Source: Bacteroidota bacterium (GTDB taxonomy: Bacteria > Bacteroidota > Bacteroidia > Flavobacteriales > JADGDT01). From it: a stretch of DNA of 64,000 nucleotides. Of this stretch, positions 19,847 through 29,038 are shown piece by piece. Position 1 is the first letter of the stretch. The number at the start of each line of letters is the position of its first letter. The position numbers and the translations under genes are program-made. The stretch lies in contig JBDLJM010000003.1 in the NCBI GenBank assembly GCA_039714315.1, positions 2,692 to 66,691 on the forward strand, in the 5' to 3' direction. The notes below the pieces were generated by a model. That model saw only the letters and a list, made by a program, of their open reading frames with translations. It did not search any database and had not been told where the DNA came from.

Positions 19847-22057
19847 ATGATAAAGTATGATTTAGAGAAGGAGAGCAAAGAGATATCAAAACGGTATAAA
19901 GATATATTAAGATCTTCCTATCAGATTCTAACAGAAGAAGATAAAATCTTAATAAGAAAAGCTTTAGACCTGGCTATTGATGCGCATAAAGACCAGAGAA
20001 GAAAGACAGGAGAACCATATATTTATCACCCAATTGCTGTTGCCCAAATTGTAGCAAGCGAAATTGGGCTTGGTGCTATTGCTATTGCTTCTGCATTTTT
20101 ACATGATGTTGTAGAAGATACCGACTATACAATCGAAGATATGGAACGATTGTTTGGAAAAAAAATAGCCAGTATTATTGACGGACTGACTAAAATTTCC
20201 GGAATTCAGGATCAAAACATATCTGTACAAGCCGAAAACTTTAGGAAAATGCTCTTAACACTGTCGGATGATGTTAGGGTTATTTTAATAAAATTAGCCG
20301 ATCGTTTGCATAATATGCAGACAATGGATGCAATGCCGCACCATAAACAATTAAAAATTTCATCAGAAACATTATACATATACGCTCCGCTGGCCCACAG
20401 ATTAGGGCTGTTTAATATTAAAACCGAGCTTGAAGATTTAGGATTGAAATATACCGAACCTGATGACTATTATGATATAGTAAAAAAATTAGAAGACTCT
20501 AAAGAAGAACAGAATGACTATATAAAGAATTTCTCAAATTTCATTAAAAATTCTTTGGATGCCCACGGATTGAAGTACTCCATAAAAGGAAGACCAAAAT
20601 CGATATTTTCTATCAGAAAGAAAATGATTAATCAGGCTGTGAGTTTCGAAGAAGTTTACGACAGGTTTGCCGTTAGAATAGTTTACAAATCCGATATAAA
20701 AGAGGAAAAATTTAATGCCTGGAAAATATATTCTGTTGTAACGGATCATTTTCAACCTAACCCAAGCAGATTAAGAGATTGGCTTTCTTCTCCAAAAACA
20801 AATGGTTATGAAGCTCTGCACACAACAGTTATGGGCCCGGGAGGAAAATGGGTAGAAGTTCAAATTCGCTCTGAACGAATGGATGAAATTGCAGAAAGAG
20901 GATATGCTGCTCACTATAAATACAAACATGGCGAAACAGACGAAAATGCTTTAGACCATTGGTTAAATCAGGTAAAAGAAACTCTTGAAAATCCTGAAAT
21001 TAATGCAATAGATTTTGTTGACAATTTTAAGCTTAATTTATTTTCGAAAGAAATTTATGTCTTCACTCCAAATGGCGACTTAAAATCTCTTCCCAAGGGA
21101 GCTTCTTCATTAGATTTCGCATTCAACATTCATACTCAGGTTGGTGCTAATTGCCTCGGGGCAAAAGTTAATGGTAAATTAGTTCCTCTAAACCATAAAT
21201 TAAAGAGTGGAGATCAAGTTGAAATAATCACATCTAAAAATCAAAAACCAAAATCTGATTGGCTGGATTTTGTAATTACCGTAAGGGCTAAATCAAAAAT
21301 AAAATCAGCCTTAAAAGAAGAAAAGAAAAAAATAGCCGACGATGGAAAAGAAATTCTTTCCCGAAAATTACGACATCTAAAAGTTTCACTTGATGAGAAT
21401 GTGGTTAACCAGCTTGTTTCTTATTATAAATTAAAAACCAGTCAGGATTTATTTTATAAAATTGGCGTAGGAGCTATTGACAATAAAACTATTAAAGAGT
21501 TTGTAAATCAAAGAGGAGGAGGTTTTGTAAGTTTCCTGAGACGTACTATTACCAGGAAACCAACTACTGTCAGAACAATATCTGAAGAGGATACTAAAAC
21601 CTTTGATCAACTAGTTTTTGGATCCGATCATGAGCACCTCGATTATACTTTAGCTAATTGCTGCAACCCTATACCCGGTGATAAGGTATTTGGATTTATC
21701 ACCATAAATGAAGGGATTAAAGTTCATAAAGAAAATTGTCCTAATGCAATTTCATTACAGGCAAACTACGCCTACAGAATAATGAAAGCAAAATGGATAG
21801 ACTCAAAAGAAGAGGATTTTAAGGCCATATTATCCATAAAGGGAATTGACAATATCGGAGTGATCAATCAGGTTACAAAGTTAATTTCCACGAACTTTAA
21901 CGTAAATATCAGAAGTATTAATATTACCGGAGATGCCGGGATTTTCGAAGGTAGAATTACCATCACTGTCCACAATCAAATGCAATTGAACACAATCATT
22001 AAAAAAGTTAAAGAGGTTCACGGAGTTTCAAATGTTTCCAGAATTTATAAGAATTAA
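19847..22057 (+). CDS. Bifunctional (p)ppGpp synthetase/hydrolase (RelA/SpoT homologue)
   Basis: 736 aa. HD hydrolase motif (HDVVEDT), a synthetase domain (GRPKSIFSIRKKM...YEALHTTV), then TGS and ACT-like C-terminal domains. Confidence 0.93.
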   Translation: MIKYDLEKESKEISKRYKDILRSSYQILTEEDKILIRKALDLAIDAHKDQRRKTGEPYIYHPIAVAQIVASEIGLGAIAIASAFLHDVVEDTDYTIEDMERLFGKKIASIIDGLTKISGIQDQNISVQAENFRKMLLTLSDDVRVILIKLADRLHNMQTMDAMPHHKQLKISSETLYIYAPLAHRLGLFNIKTELEDLGLKYTEPDDYYDIVKKLEDSKEEQNDYIKNFSNFIKNSLDAHGLKYSIKGRPKSIFSIRKKMINQAVSFEEVYDRFAVRIVYKSDIKEEKFNAWKIYSVVTDHFQPNPSRLRDWLSSPKTNGYEALHTTVMGPGGKWVEVQIRSERMDEIAERGYAAHYKYKHGETDENALDHWLNQVKETLENPEINAIDFVDNFKLNLFSKEIYVFTPNGDLKSLPKGASSLDFAFNIHTQVGANCLGAKVNGKLVPLNHKLKSGDQVEIITSKNQKPKSDWLDFVITVRAKSKIKSALKEEKKKIADDGKEILSRKLRHLKVSLDENVVNQLVSYYKLKTSQDLFYKIGVGAIDNKTIKEFVNQRGGGFVSFLRRTITRKPTTVRTISEEDTKTFDQLVFGSDHEHLDYTLANCCNPIPGDKVFGFITINEGIKVHKENCPNAISLQANYAYRIMKAKWIDSKEEDFKAILSIKGIDNIGVINQVTKLISTNFNVNIRSINITGDAGIFEGRITITVHNQMQLNTIIKKVKEVHGVSNVSRIYKN

Positions 22058-22175
22058 AAAAACAATACTTATACATACTAAAAACCTTTAAGAAAAATTC
22101 TCGCTAAGTGGCAGATAAGTATTTAATATTTTAATTATTAAGCACTCCCCTGAAAATAATATTGACAAACTTATC

Positions 22176-23216
22176 CTAATGTAAAATTTTAAATACCAAC
22201 TCCTTTAATATTTCTCCGGGTGGAATTGCATTGGCACCAACACCTTTTACTTTTACATCAGCATCTCTGAGATAGCTCACAATTTGCACGGCTTTTTTCA
22301 GGTTATAACTATTTGCAGCCTGGAAATATTCTTTCACAAAAAACGGATGAACGCCGAGCTGTCCCGCTACAACATTAGGCTGCGATTTATCTTTTAACGA
22401 ATGTAAGATCAATACTTTGGAAAAATACCCGAATATTGAAGGAATAGTTCCTAAAACAGGGTGTTGTTTCTGGTTATGGGCAAAATAATTTATAATCCTG
22501 TTGGCTTTTAGTACATCGCGGTTTGCCAAAGCAGAGTTCAGTTCAAAATTATTAAACTCCTTACTTATTCCTATATTTTCCTCTATATGTTGTGGGCTAA
22601 TTTGAGTTCCTTTTTCCAATAATGTTGTAAGTTTTTCCAACTCACCGGCTATCTTACTCAAATCATTTCCAAGGAATTCTACCAGCATAAAAGTTGCCTT
22701 TTGCTCAATAGTGTATCCTTTTCCTCTTAATACTTTTGCTATCCAGTCGGGCAACTCATTATCGTACTTTTTCTTACTCTCGAAGAAAACACCTGATTTT
22801 TTTACGGTTTTAATAAAAGGCTTTCTACCGTCGGCTTTTTTGTATTTATAGTTAAAAACCAGAATAGTCGAATCCTGAGGATTCTTAGCATAGGCTGCCA
22901 AAGCTGTCCTCCCCGATTCTGTATTAAAATCCGAAATTCCCTGTGCTTCCCTAACCACCACTACCTGATGTTCGGCCATCATAGGAAAACGTTTTGCCGT
23001 TGCCAAAATTTCGGTAACATTTGTATCTGCTCCATACAAAACCACCTGGTTGAAGTCTCTTTCCGATTCGTTCAACACGTTATTTTCTATAAACTCCGAT
23101 AATTTATCTATATAATAAGGTTCATCACCCGTAAAAAAGTATATAGGCTTAAAACTACGCGTTTTAATATCCTTTACAATCTGATTTACCTGATCGTCCT
23201 GTTTTACTTTTGCCAT
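22176..23216 (-). CDS. holA: DNA polymerase III subunit delta
   Basis: 346 aa. The layout is typical of HolA (PIYFFTGDEPYYID..., C-terminal helical domain). Confidence 0.85.
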   Translation of the reverse strand: MAKVKQDDQVNQIVKDIKTRSFKPIYFFTGDEPYYIDKLSEFIENNVLNESERDFNQVVLYGADTNVTEILATAKRFPMMAEHQVVVVREAQGISDFNTESGRTALAAYAKNPQDSTILVFNYKYKKADGRKPFIKTVKKSGVFFESKKKYDNELPDWIAKVLRGKGYTIEQKATFMLVEFLGNDLSKIAGELEKLTTLLEKGTQISPQHIEENIGISKEFNNFELNSALANRDVLKANRIINYFAHNQKQHPVLGTIPSIFGYFSKVLILHSLKDKSQPNVVAGQLGVHPFFVKEYFQAANSYNLKKAVQIVSYLRDADVKVKGVGANAIPPGEILKELVFKILH

Positions 23217-23366
23217 ACTATAATATCACTAATTAAAATAATGAATTTGATTATAAGTATATTTCATTATTCGTCTATATAAATCTTTTACCTAACTACC
23301 TTCACCTCTCCCAAACAATGCCCCCAGCAGAAAGCCAAGGGAAGGTTCCCGGGCGAAGCCGGGGGA

Positions 23367-25556
23367 TTAATCAATCCAATGTAGTACATCGTGAACTATA
23401 CTCCATCTGGGTTTAGTTTCTTTAACCTCTTTTCCTAAAACCCAATAATCATATAACCTTTCAATAGTTTTATCCTTTTTCTTCAACTCTATCCAGTGAT
23501 TCAAAAAAGTCTCAAATTCCGGATCCGGACTCCCAAAAGTGTATACCAAAGGAAGTGTTACAGGTTCCTCAAACGGACTTATAACCTGAAATTCAGGATA
23601 TAACAACGCCCATGCCGATCCCGACTCGGCAGTTGTTAACAATGCGTCAATTTCGGGATATTTCCCATTAAAAAAATTATAAATAGAATCTTTTTTTACA
23701 ACATTTGATTGTGGAAAAATACTCTTAAAAATATCTCCAAAATTATTTTCCTCAGCTGTAAAAACATTGACCATACTATTATAGGTTTCATCGTAACTTT
23801 CCAGAGTATTAATCTTGTCCTTAGTTACCAAAGCAACATTAACATCCATATATCCGTCAGTTACAACATGACCTTTAGCATAACGAGCTGTAAGTGCTGT
23901 ACCCGACATTATTAAATCTATATAATCCTTTTCCAATAACTCGTCTCTCGATAATTTTTGAGCATTTATTGAGATAAATTCTATCGAAACATCCAAATCG
24001 GAAGCTAAAGTGTGGGCCATATCAATATCCAAGCCAACAATATCACCTTTTAAATTGAAATAAGAAAATGGCATAGCATCCTCATAAAATCCAATTCTGA
24101 TTTTCTCACGCTCTTTGATCCTTTCTATCCTACTCTTTCCTCTTCTCAACCTTGGATATATTGGTGCCGGATCCTCTAATAAGCTTGATTTAATTTCATA
24201 AGTAAGCAAATCCATATCGGCAATAACCCTATCCTTTGTATATGCACCCTCAAGTGCATAATTAAGATATATATTAATCGGTATAAATAAAACAAATGCG
24301 CCTATCACAGTTGAGGCAATAGCTATTGTAAGCTTACGTTTTTTCAGATTAAAAAATCCATAGGTCATAGCACCGGTTAAAATTACAATAGTTATTAGGT
24401 GCATTGAACCTAAAACAACTCTGATCCTATCGATATAAACACTCGAAATAACAAACAAATTAAATATATCTCCGGGAATATTCATCACATCCAGCATAAA
24501 AGGTATACCCGAAACCGGAGCTACAAAGCTACTCATCAGCAGGGAACCTATAAATGCGGGATATTCGTCAAATGTTATCTCATTTCCAACGAACCATCCG
24601 GCAAATGGCACAAAAATAAATACAACCAGTGTACCTAAATTTGGGAATGGATATGCCAATGGGAAAATTACTTCAACAGATTGTTCACTGTCATCATTTA
24701 GCAGGTCATAATCATCGTACAACTGTTTAATGTTTTCAATCAACTGTGGTAATACAATAATTATTTTTCCTGTTGCAAAAATTGTAATTAAAGTGTCCTT
24801 TGTAACTCTAAAAATATCTTTGTACTTAAAAGGTGTAAATGATGAAATAATTAAGGGCATAAAAACAATAGCCAGTAATACGGCCCCTGCTGTATATACC
24901 AAAACATAGGTTTGCAACTTACCTATCTCACTTAAGGTCATAGTTCCCGCTGTGCTTGCAGCAATAGCAAAAACACCATATGGAGTAAGCTTGACAATTA
25001 ATTTATTTACATTATTAAGAGCGTTTGCCATAACGTCTAAGCCATGTAACAGCCTTTCTTTCCCCGGAACCTTAATCAGCCCAATCCCTACCAAAATACT
25101 AAATATCACTACAGAAGGGACTGTATTTTTCGATAATGCTTCAAATGGATTAGACGGAATAAATAACTTTAAAAAATCTATTTCCTTGGGATCTCTGATC
25201 AGACTTTCATCATAATAAGATGCTGACACCCAGGTAGGAAAAACTGTTGGTAATACAAGAACTACAACAATTCCAAGCAACAATAATACAGATAGAACTA
25301 TTGCAGCATTTTTTATCATTTTCATCCCTTTATCTAACGACAGACGTCCGATGTTTACCATCAACGAAAGCATGATATAGGGTAAAACAGTCATTTGTAA
25401 CAATCCTATAAAGGCATCACCAAAAATAGAAAATCCGGCAACATGTTCTCCAAAAAACAGACCAAGTGCTACCCCTAAAAATAATCCTATCATTATTTTT
25501 GTTGAAAGACTCTTTGGCGCTTTTCTTTTTTTTCTCCTGAATCTCCTCAATACCAT
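23367..25556 (-). CDS. Dicarboxylate/amino acid:cation symporter (DAACS) fused to a C-terminal family-3 solute-binding domain
   Basis: 729 aa. Residues ~20-400 are a polytopic GltP/DctA-like region. There is an extra TM helix at ~409-431. Residues ~485-729 resemble amino-acid-binding SBP_bac_3 (IRIGFYEDAMPFSYFNLKGDIVGLDIDMA...). Confidence 0.75.
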   Translation of the reverse strand: MVLRRFRRKKRKAPKSLSTKIMIGLFLGVALGLFFGEHVAGFSIFGDAFIGLLQMTVLPYIMLSLMVNIGRLSLDKGMKMIKNAAIVLSVLLLLGIVVVLVLPTVFPTWVSASYYDESLIRDPKEIDFLKLFIPSNPFEALSKNTVPSVVIFSILVGIGLIKVPGKERLLHGLDVMANALNNVNKLIVKLTPYGVFAIAASTAGTMTLSEIGKLQTYVLVYTAGAVLLAIVFMPLIISSFTPFKYKDIFRVTKDTLITIFATGKIIIVLPQLIENIKQLYDDYDLLNDDSEQSVEVIFPLAYPFPNLGTLVVFIFVPFAGWFVGNEITFDEYPAFIGSLLMSSFVAPVSGIPFMLDVMNIPGDIFNLFVISSVYIDRIRVVLGSMHLITIVILTGAMTYGFFNLKKRKLTIAIASTVIGAFVLFIPINIYLNYALEGAYTKDRVIADMDLLTYEIKSSLLEDPAPIYPRLRRGKSRIERIKEREKIRIGFYEDAMPFSYFNLKGDIVGLDIDMAHTLASDLDVSIEFISINAQKLSRDELLEKDYIDLIMSGTALTARYAKGHVVTDGYMDVNVALVTKDKINTLESYDETYNSMVNVFTAEENNFGDIFKSIFPQSNVVKKDSIYNFFNGKYPEIDALLTTAESGSAWALLYPEFQVISPFEEPVTLPLVYTFGSPDPEFETFLNHWIELKKKDKTIERLYDYWVLGKEVKETKPRWSIVHDVLHWID

Positions 25557-25875
25557 CTACAGAACCGATATAAAATATTATAACAATAAATATAAAACTA
25601 ATAATTAATTTCTCGGATGAATAATCATATTTTATCATAATCAAAATACATTAATGCTATGGTGTTTATCGGACTATATTTTCGGGTTATACCAATCACG
25701 ATTTAAAATGATTGATAAATAAATTGAATTATATTTTTCTTAGATGAGGCAAAAAATAAGGAAAATAAAAACGATTTATATCGATCATTTTTGAGTTGTA
25801 ATTGGTATTACTTCATTAAAAACAGAAAGTGTTTAATTATTTGTTAATTATTACGATCAAAAAATTATGATTTAA

Positions 25876-25883
25876 TAACTTTG
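25876..25883 (+). promoter_or_regulatory. Bacteroidota-type -7 box (TAACTTTG)
   Basis: Exact TAnnTTTG match 27 nt upstream of the SUI1-family start. Confidence 0.55.
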
Positions 25884-25909
25884 CTCTACACTTACATTAA
25901 TAGAAAATA

Positions 25910-26275
25910 ATGGCAAAGAAGAAAAAGAAAATACGTTTGGATGAAGATGGTTTTGTTTATTCTACAAATTCAAACTTTGCATTAGCAGATGCATTGGGTG
26001 CATTACAGCAGGATCAGGACGAATTAAATCCCAATCAGCAACATTTAATTGCGAAAATTGAAAAGAAAGGGAGAGGTGGAAAAACAGTAACAATAATAGA
26101 AGGTTTTGAAGGAAGCGAAGAAGATTTGAAAAATCTCGGAAAAGAACTAAAAAACAAAATCGGAACCGGAGGATCCGTAAAAGACGGAGAAATTATTATG
26201 CAGGGCGATGTTAGAAATAAAGTCGTTGAAATACTTCAAAAAGACGGATATAAAGTTAAGAAATCAGGCGGTTAA
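25910..26275 (+). CDS. SUI1/YciH-family translation initiation factor
   Basis: 121 aa with the GRGGKTVTIIEGF core of SUI1/eIF1-like proteins. Confidence 0.9.
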   Translation: MAKKKKKIRLDEDGFVYSTNSNFALADALGALQQDQDELNPNQQHLIAKIEKKGRGGKTVTIIEGFEGSEEDLKNLGKELKNKIGTGGSVKDGEIIMQGDVRNKVVEILQKDGYKVKKSGG

Positions 26276-26349
26276 TTATACCTTTACAAATAAAACTGCC
26301 TTATTACCCCACCAACTTAATAATTGTACGACTAAAATATAACAACAAA

Positions 26350-27231
26350 ATGAGTGATAGAATAGCAGAATCGGAATTAATAATAAACCCTGATGGAAGT
26401 ATTTACCATTTAAATGTTAAACCGGGTCAACTTGCAGATACAATTATCTTTGTTGGCGATCAAAACAGGGTTCCGCTTGTATCGAAGCATTTCGATACTA
26501 TTGAACATAAATTATCGAAAAGAGAATTTGTAACCCATACAGGTAGCTATAAAGGTAAGCGCCTTTCCGTAATTTCCACAGGAATAGGACCGGACAATAT
26601 AGATATCGTTTTCAACGAAATAGATGCTCTGTTCAATATTGACTTCAAAACCAGAACAAAAAATAAGGAGCACAAAAAATTAAATATTGTTCGTATAGGC
26701 ACTTCAGGTTCTTTGCAGGATCATATTCCTGTTGATTCCTTTGTTTTGGCAGAATACGGTATCGGTTTCGACGGTGTTCTACACTATTACGACTCAAAAC
26801 ATGTTCAGGAAACAGCAATGCAGGATGCATTTGTAGCCCATACTAAATGGGACTCCAACAAGGCCAGACCATATATTGTGAAATACGGCGAAGAATTAGG
26901 CAAACATCTTATTAGCGATAAGGTAGTAAAAGGTTTTACGGGTACTGCTATTGGTTTCTACGGTCCGCAGGGAAGGGTGCTAAGACTCCCTCTTCAAGAC
27001 GTAAATATGAATCATAAAATCGACAGTTTTGAGTTTGAGGATAAAAAGATCACAAATCTGGAGATGGAAACCGCCGTTATCTATGGTATCGGAAAAATGC
27101 TGGGGCACAACGCATGTTCTTTAAACTGCATAATTGCCAATCGCGCAAACGGAACTTTCAGCGAAGATCCCTATGCAGCCGTTGAGGAACTTATAAAATA
27201 TACATTAAACAAACTGGCTGATATTAATTAA
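26350..27231 (+). CDS. Nucleoside phosphorylase (PNP/UDP family 1)
   Basis: 293 aa. RIGTSGS and EMET motifs are characteristic of uridine/purine nucleoside phosphorylase family 1. Confidence 0.8.
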   Translation: MSDRIAESELIINPDGSIYHLNVKPGQLADTIIFVGDQNRVPLVSKHFDTIEHKLSKREFVTHTGSYKGKRLSVISTGIGPDNIDIVFNEIDALFNIDFKTRTKNKEHKKLNIVRIGTSGSLQDHIPVDSFVLAEYGIGFDGVLHYYDSKHVQETAMQDAFVAHTKWDSNKARPYIVKYGEELGKHLISDKVVKGFTGTAIGFYGPQGRVLRLPLQDVNMNHKIDSFEFEDKKITNLEMETAVIYGIGKMLGHNACSLNCIIANRANGTFSEDPYAAVEELIKYTLNKLADIN

Positions 27232-27331
27232 ATCAAGTTCATTAAATCATTAGTTCATTATCAATTGGGCGCGTGCTAAAGCACCGTGTGTTACACTGTA
27301 TCTTATTTCTACAATTATGTTCAATAATAAT

Positions 27332-27372
27332 AAAGCAGCAGCTTCCTTCGGTCGCTTCTGCTTTATTTATTT
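27332..27372 (+). terminator. Probable terminator after nucleoside phosphorylase gene
   Basis: Stem aaagcagcagc pairs with gcttctgcttt (one mismatch) and is followed by a T-rich tract. Confidence 0.65.
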
Positions 27373-27500
27373 CACAATAATTCTATAAACAAGGATGCCG
27401 TTTCACCCACTCGCGCAAACATCAAAATAATATAACTATCTTAATTTCAACAACAACAAAACTACCTATATAAAAACATAAAAATTATTCACAAATACAC

Positions 27501-27530
27501 TTGTACAGTTATCTTTTTAAGCTATATTTG
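27501..27530 (+). promoter_or_regulatory. Bacteroidota-type promoter for the tRNA-Leu pair
   Basis: TTG at 27501-27503, a 19-nt spacer, then TATATTTG at 27523-27530. The first tRNA starts 39 nt downstream. Confidence 0.6.
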
Positions 27531-27568
27531 CACCCGCAATCAACAAAAAAGATTGTACGTTCTTTAAA

Positions 27569-27650
27569 GCGGCTGTGGTGGAATTGGTAGACACGCTAGA
27601 CTTAGGATCTAGTGCCGCAAGGCGTGGGGGTTCGACTCCCTTCAGCCGCA
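27569..27650 (+). tRNA. tRNA-Leu (anticodon UAG), copy 1
   Basis: Acceptor stem GCGGCTG/CAGCCGC plus discriminator A. Anticodon arm ctaga-CTTAGGA-tctag. Long variable arm, TTCGACT T-loop, and no encoded CCA. Confidence 0.9.
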
Positions 27651-27673
27651 CTTTATTGAAACAATATTCACTC

Positions 27674-27755
27674 GCGGATGTGGTGGAATTGGTAGACACG
27701 CTAGACTTAGGATCTAGTGCCGCAAGGTGTATGGGTTCGACTCCCTTCATCCGCA
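27674..27755 (+). tRNA. tRNA-Leu (anticodon UAG), copy 2
   Basis: Same architecture as copy 1. Acceptor stem is GCGGATG/CATCCGC (compensatory 5:68 change relative to copy 1), with a few differences in the variable/T region. Confidence 0.88.
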
Positions 27756-27757
27756 CA

Positions 27758-27798
27758 GCAAAAAGAGCTTTCTGTTTTTACGGAAAGCTCTTTTTTTA
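27758..27798. terminator. Bidirectional terminator between the tRNA pair and the thiolase gene
   Basis: Stem agagctttc (27764-27772) pairs with gaaagctct (27783-27791). It is flanked by an A-run upstream and a T-run downstream, and sits at a convergent junction. Confidence 0.85.
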
Positions 27799-27815
27799 TT
27801 CATCAATATTTCTAT

Positions 27816-29033
27816 TTACTCAACTTTTTCCAAAACCATCGCTATTCCCTGCCCTACTCCAATACACATGGTACACAATGCTTTTTTTGCATCGGAATTT
27901 TGTAATTGGTAATATGCACTTGTCACAATTCTTGCTCCGCTCATTCCCAGCGGATGACCTAAGGCAATTGCTCCTCCAAGTGGATTTATTCTCGGATCAT
28001 CATCTTTTAATCCTAATTCTCGTGTACAACCTAACGACTGTGCAGCAAAAGCTTCATTGAGCTCTATTATATCCATATCGTCTAATGACAGGTCGAGTTT
28101 AGATAAAACCTTTCGGGTTGCGGGTACCGGCCCCATTCCCATAATTCTGGGGAGTACGCCCGCTGTTGCCATTCCCAGTATTTTAGCTCTTGGTTTTAAA
28201 TTATACTTTTTCACAGCCTCTTCCGATGCTATTAGCATTGCAGCAGCACCGTCGTTTACACCTGATGCATTACCTGCAGTGATACTGCCATTTTCTCCGC
28301 TTGCCGACTTGGTAATTGGTCTTAGAGTACTTAATTTTCCCAAAGATGTTAAGCGTGGATGTTCATCCTCCGAAACTTCGATTGGATCTTTTTTACGCTG
28401 TGGCACCATTACCGGAACAATTTCTCTCGCCAGAGAACCGTTTTTTTGAGCTTCGGCAGCTTTCTCCTGACTCCATTGGGCAAATGTATCCTGATCTTCA
28501 CGGCTGATATTGAAATCATCGGCTATGTTCTGGGCAGTTTGTATCATACCTTCGGTGCCATACATTTCGTCCATCTTTGGATTTTCGAAACGCCATCCAA
28601 TAGAAGTATCATAAATTTTGGCATTTCGCGAAAAAGCAGTTTCTGCTTTCCCCATTACAAACGGAGCCCGCGACATACTTTCTACTCCACCGGCAACTAT
28701 CAAATCAACCTCTCCCGATTTAATTGCCCGTGCCGCAATTCCAATTGCATCCATTCCCGAACCGCAAAGCCTGTTTATCGTTGAACCCGGCACAGTTTCC
28801 GAAAAACCTGCAAGTAATGAAGCCATACGTGCAACATTACGGTTGTCTTCGCCTGCCTGATTGGCACAGCCCATAAAAATATCATCAATAGCCGCCGAAT
28901 CCATTTCCGGATTCCTGTCCATTATTTCTTTTAATGGTATGGCTGCTAAATCATCAGCTCTTACAGATGATAAAGCCCCACCGTATCTTCCAACCGGTGT
29001 TCTTATTGCGTCACAAATATATACTTCGTTCAT
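27816..29033 (-). CDS. 3-oxoacyl-CoA thiolase of the PcaF/PaaJ (3-oxoadipyl-CoA thiolase) type
   Basis: 405 aa. Catalytic NRLCGSG, GHPLGMSG and CIGVGQG. The strings ICDAIRTPVGRYGGALSSVRADDLAAIPL, CANQAGEDNRNVARMA, SMSRAPFVMGKA and IGWRFENP are, from my recollection, hallmarks of the PcaF/PaaJ subgroup rather than AtoB/PhaA. Confidence 0.9.
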   Translation of the reverse strand: MNEVYICDAIRTPVGRYGGALSSVRADDLAAIPLKEIMDRNPEMDSAAIDDIFMGCANQAGEDNRNVARMASLLAGFSETVPGSTINRLCGSGMDAIGIAARAIKSGEVDLIVAGGVESMSRAPFVMGKAETAFSRNAKIYDTSIGWRFENPKMDEMYGTEGMIQTAQNIADDFNISREDQDTFAQWSQEKAAEAQKNGSLAREIVPVMVPQRKKDPIEVSEDEHPRLTSLGKLSTLRPITKSASGENGSITAGNASGVNDGAAAMLIASEEAVKKYNLKPRAKILGMATAGVLPRIMGMGPVPATRKVLSKLDLSLDDMDIIELNEAFAAQSLGCTRELGLKDDDPRINPLGGAIALGHPLGMSGARIVTSAYYQLQNSDAKKALCTMCIGVGQGIAMVLEKVE

Positions 29034-29038
29034 TCTTT

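Noticed and set aside
27517-28060. Track ORFs spanning the tRNA-Leu pair and terminator (27517-27756 minus, 27575-28060 plus, 27717-27912 plus)
   Set aside because: They overlap two well-formed tRNA genes, a terminator and the antisense strand of the thiolase gene. The duplicated peptide segments simply reflect the tRNA duplication.
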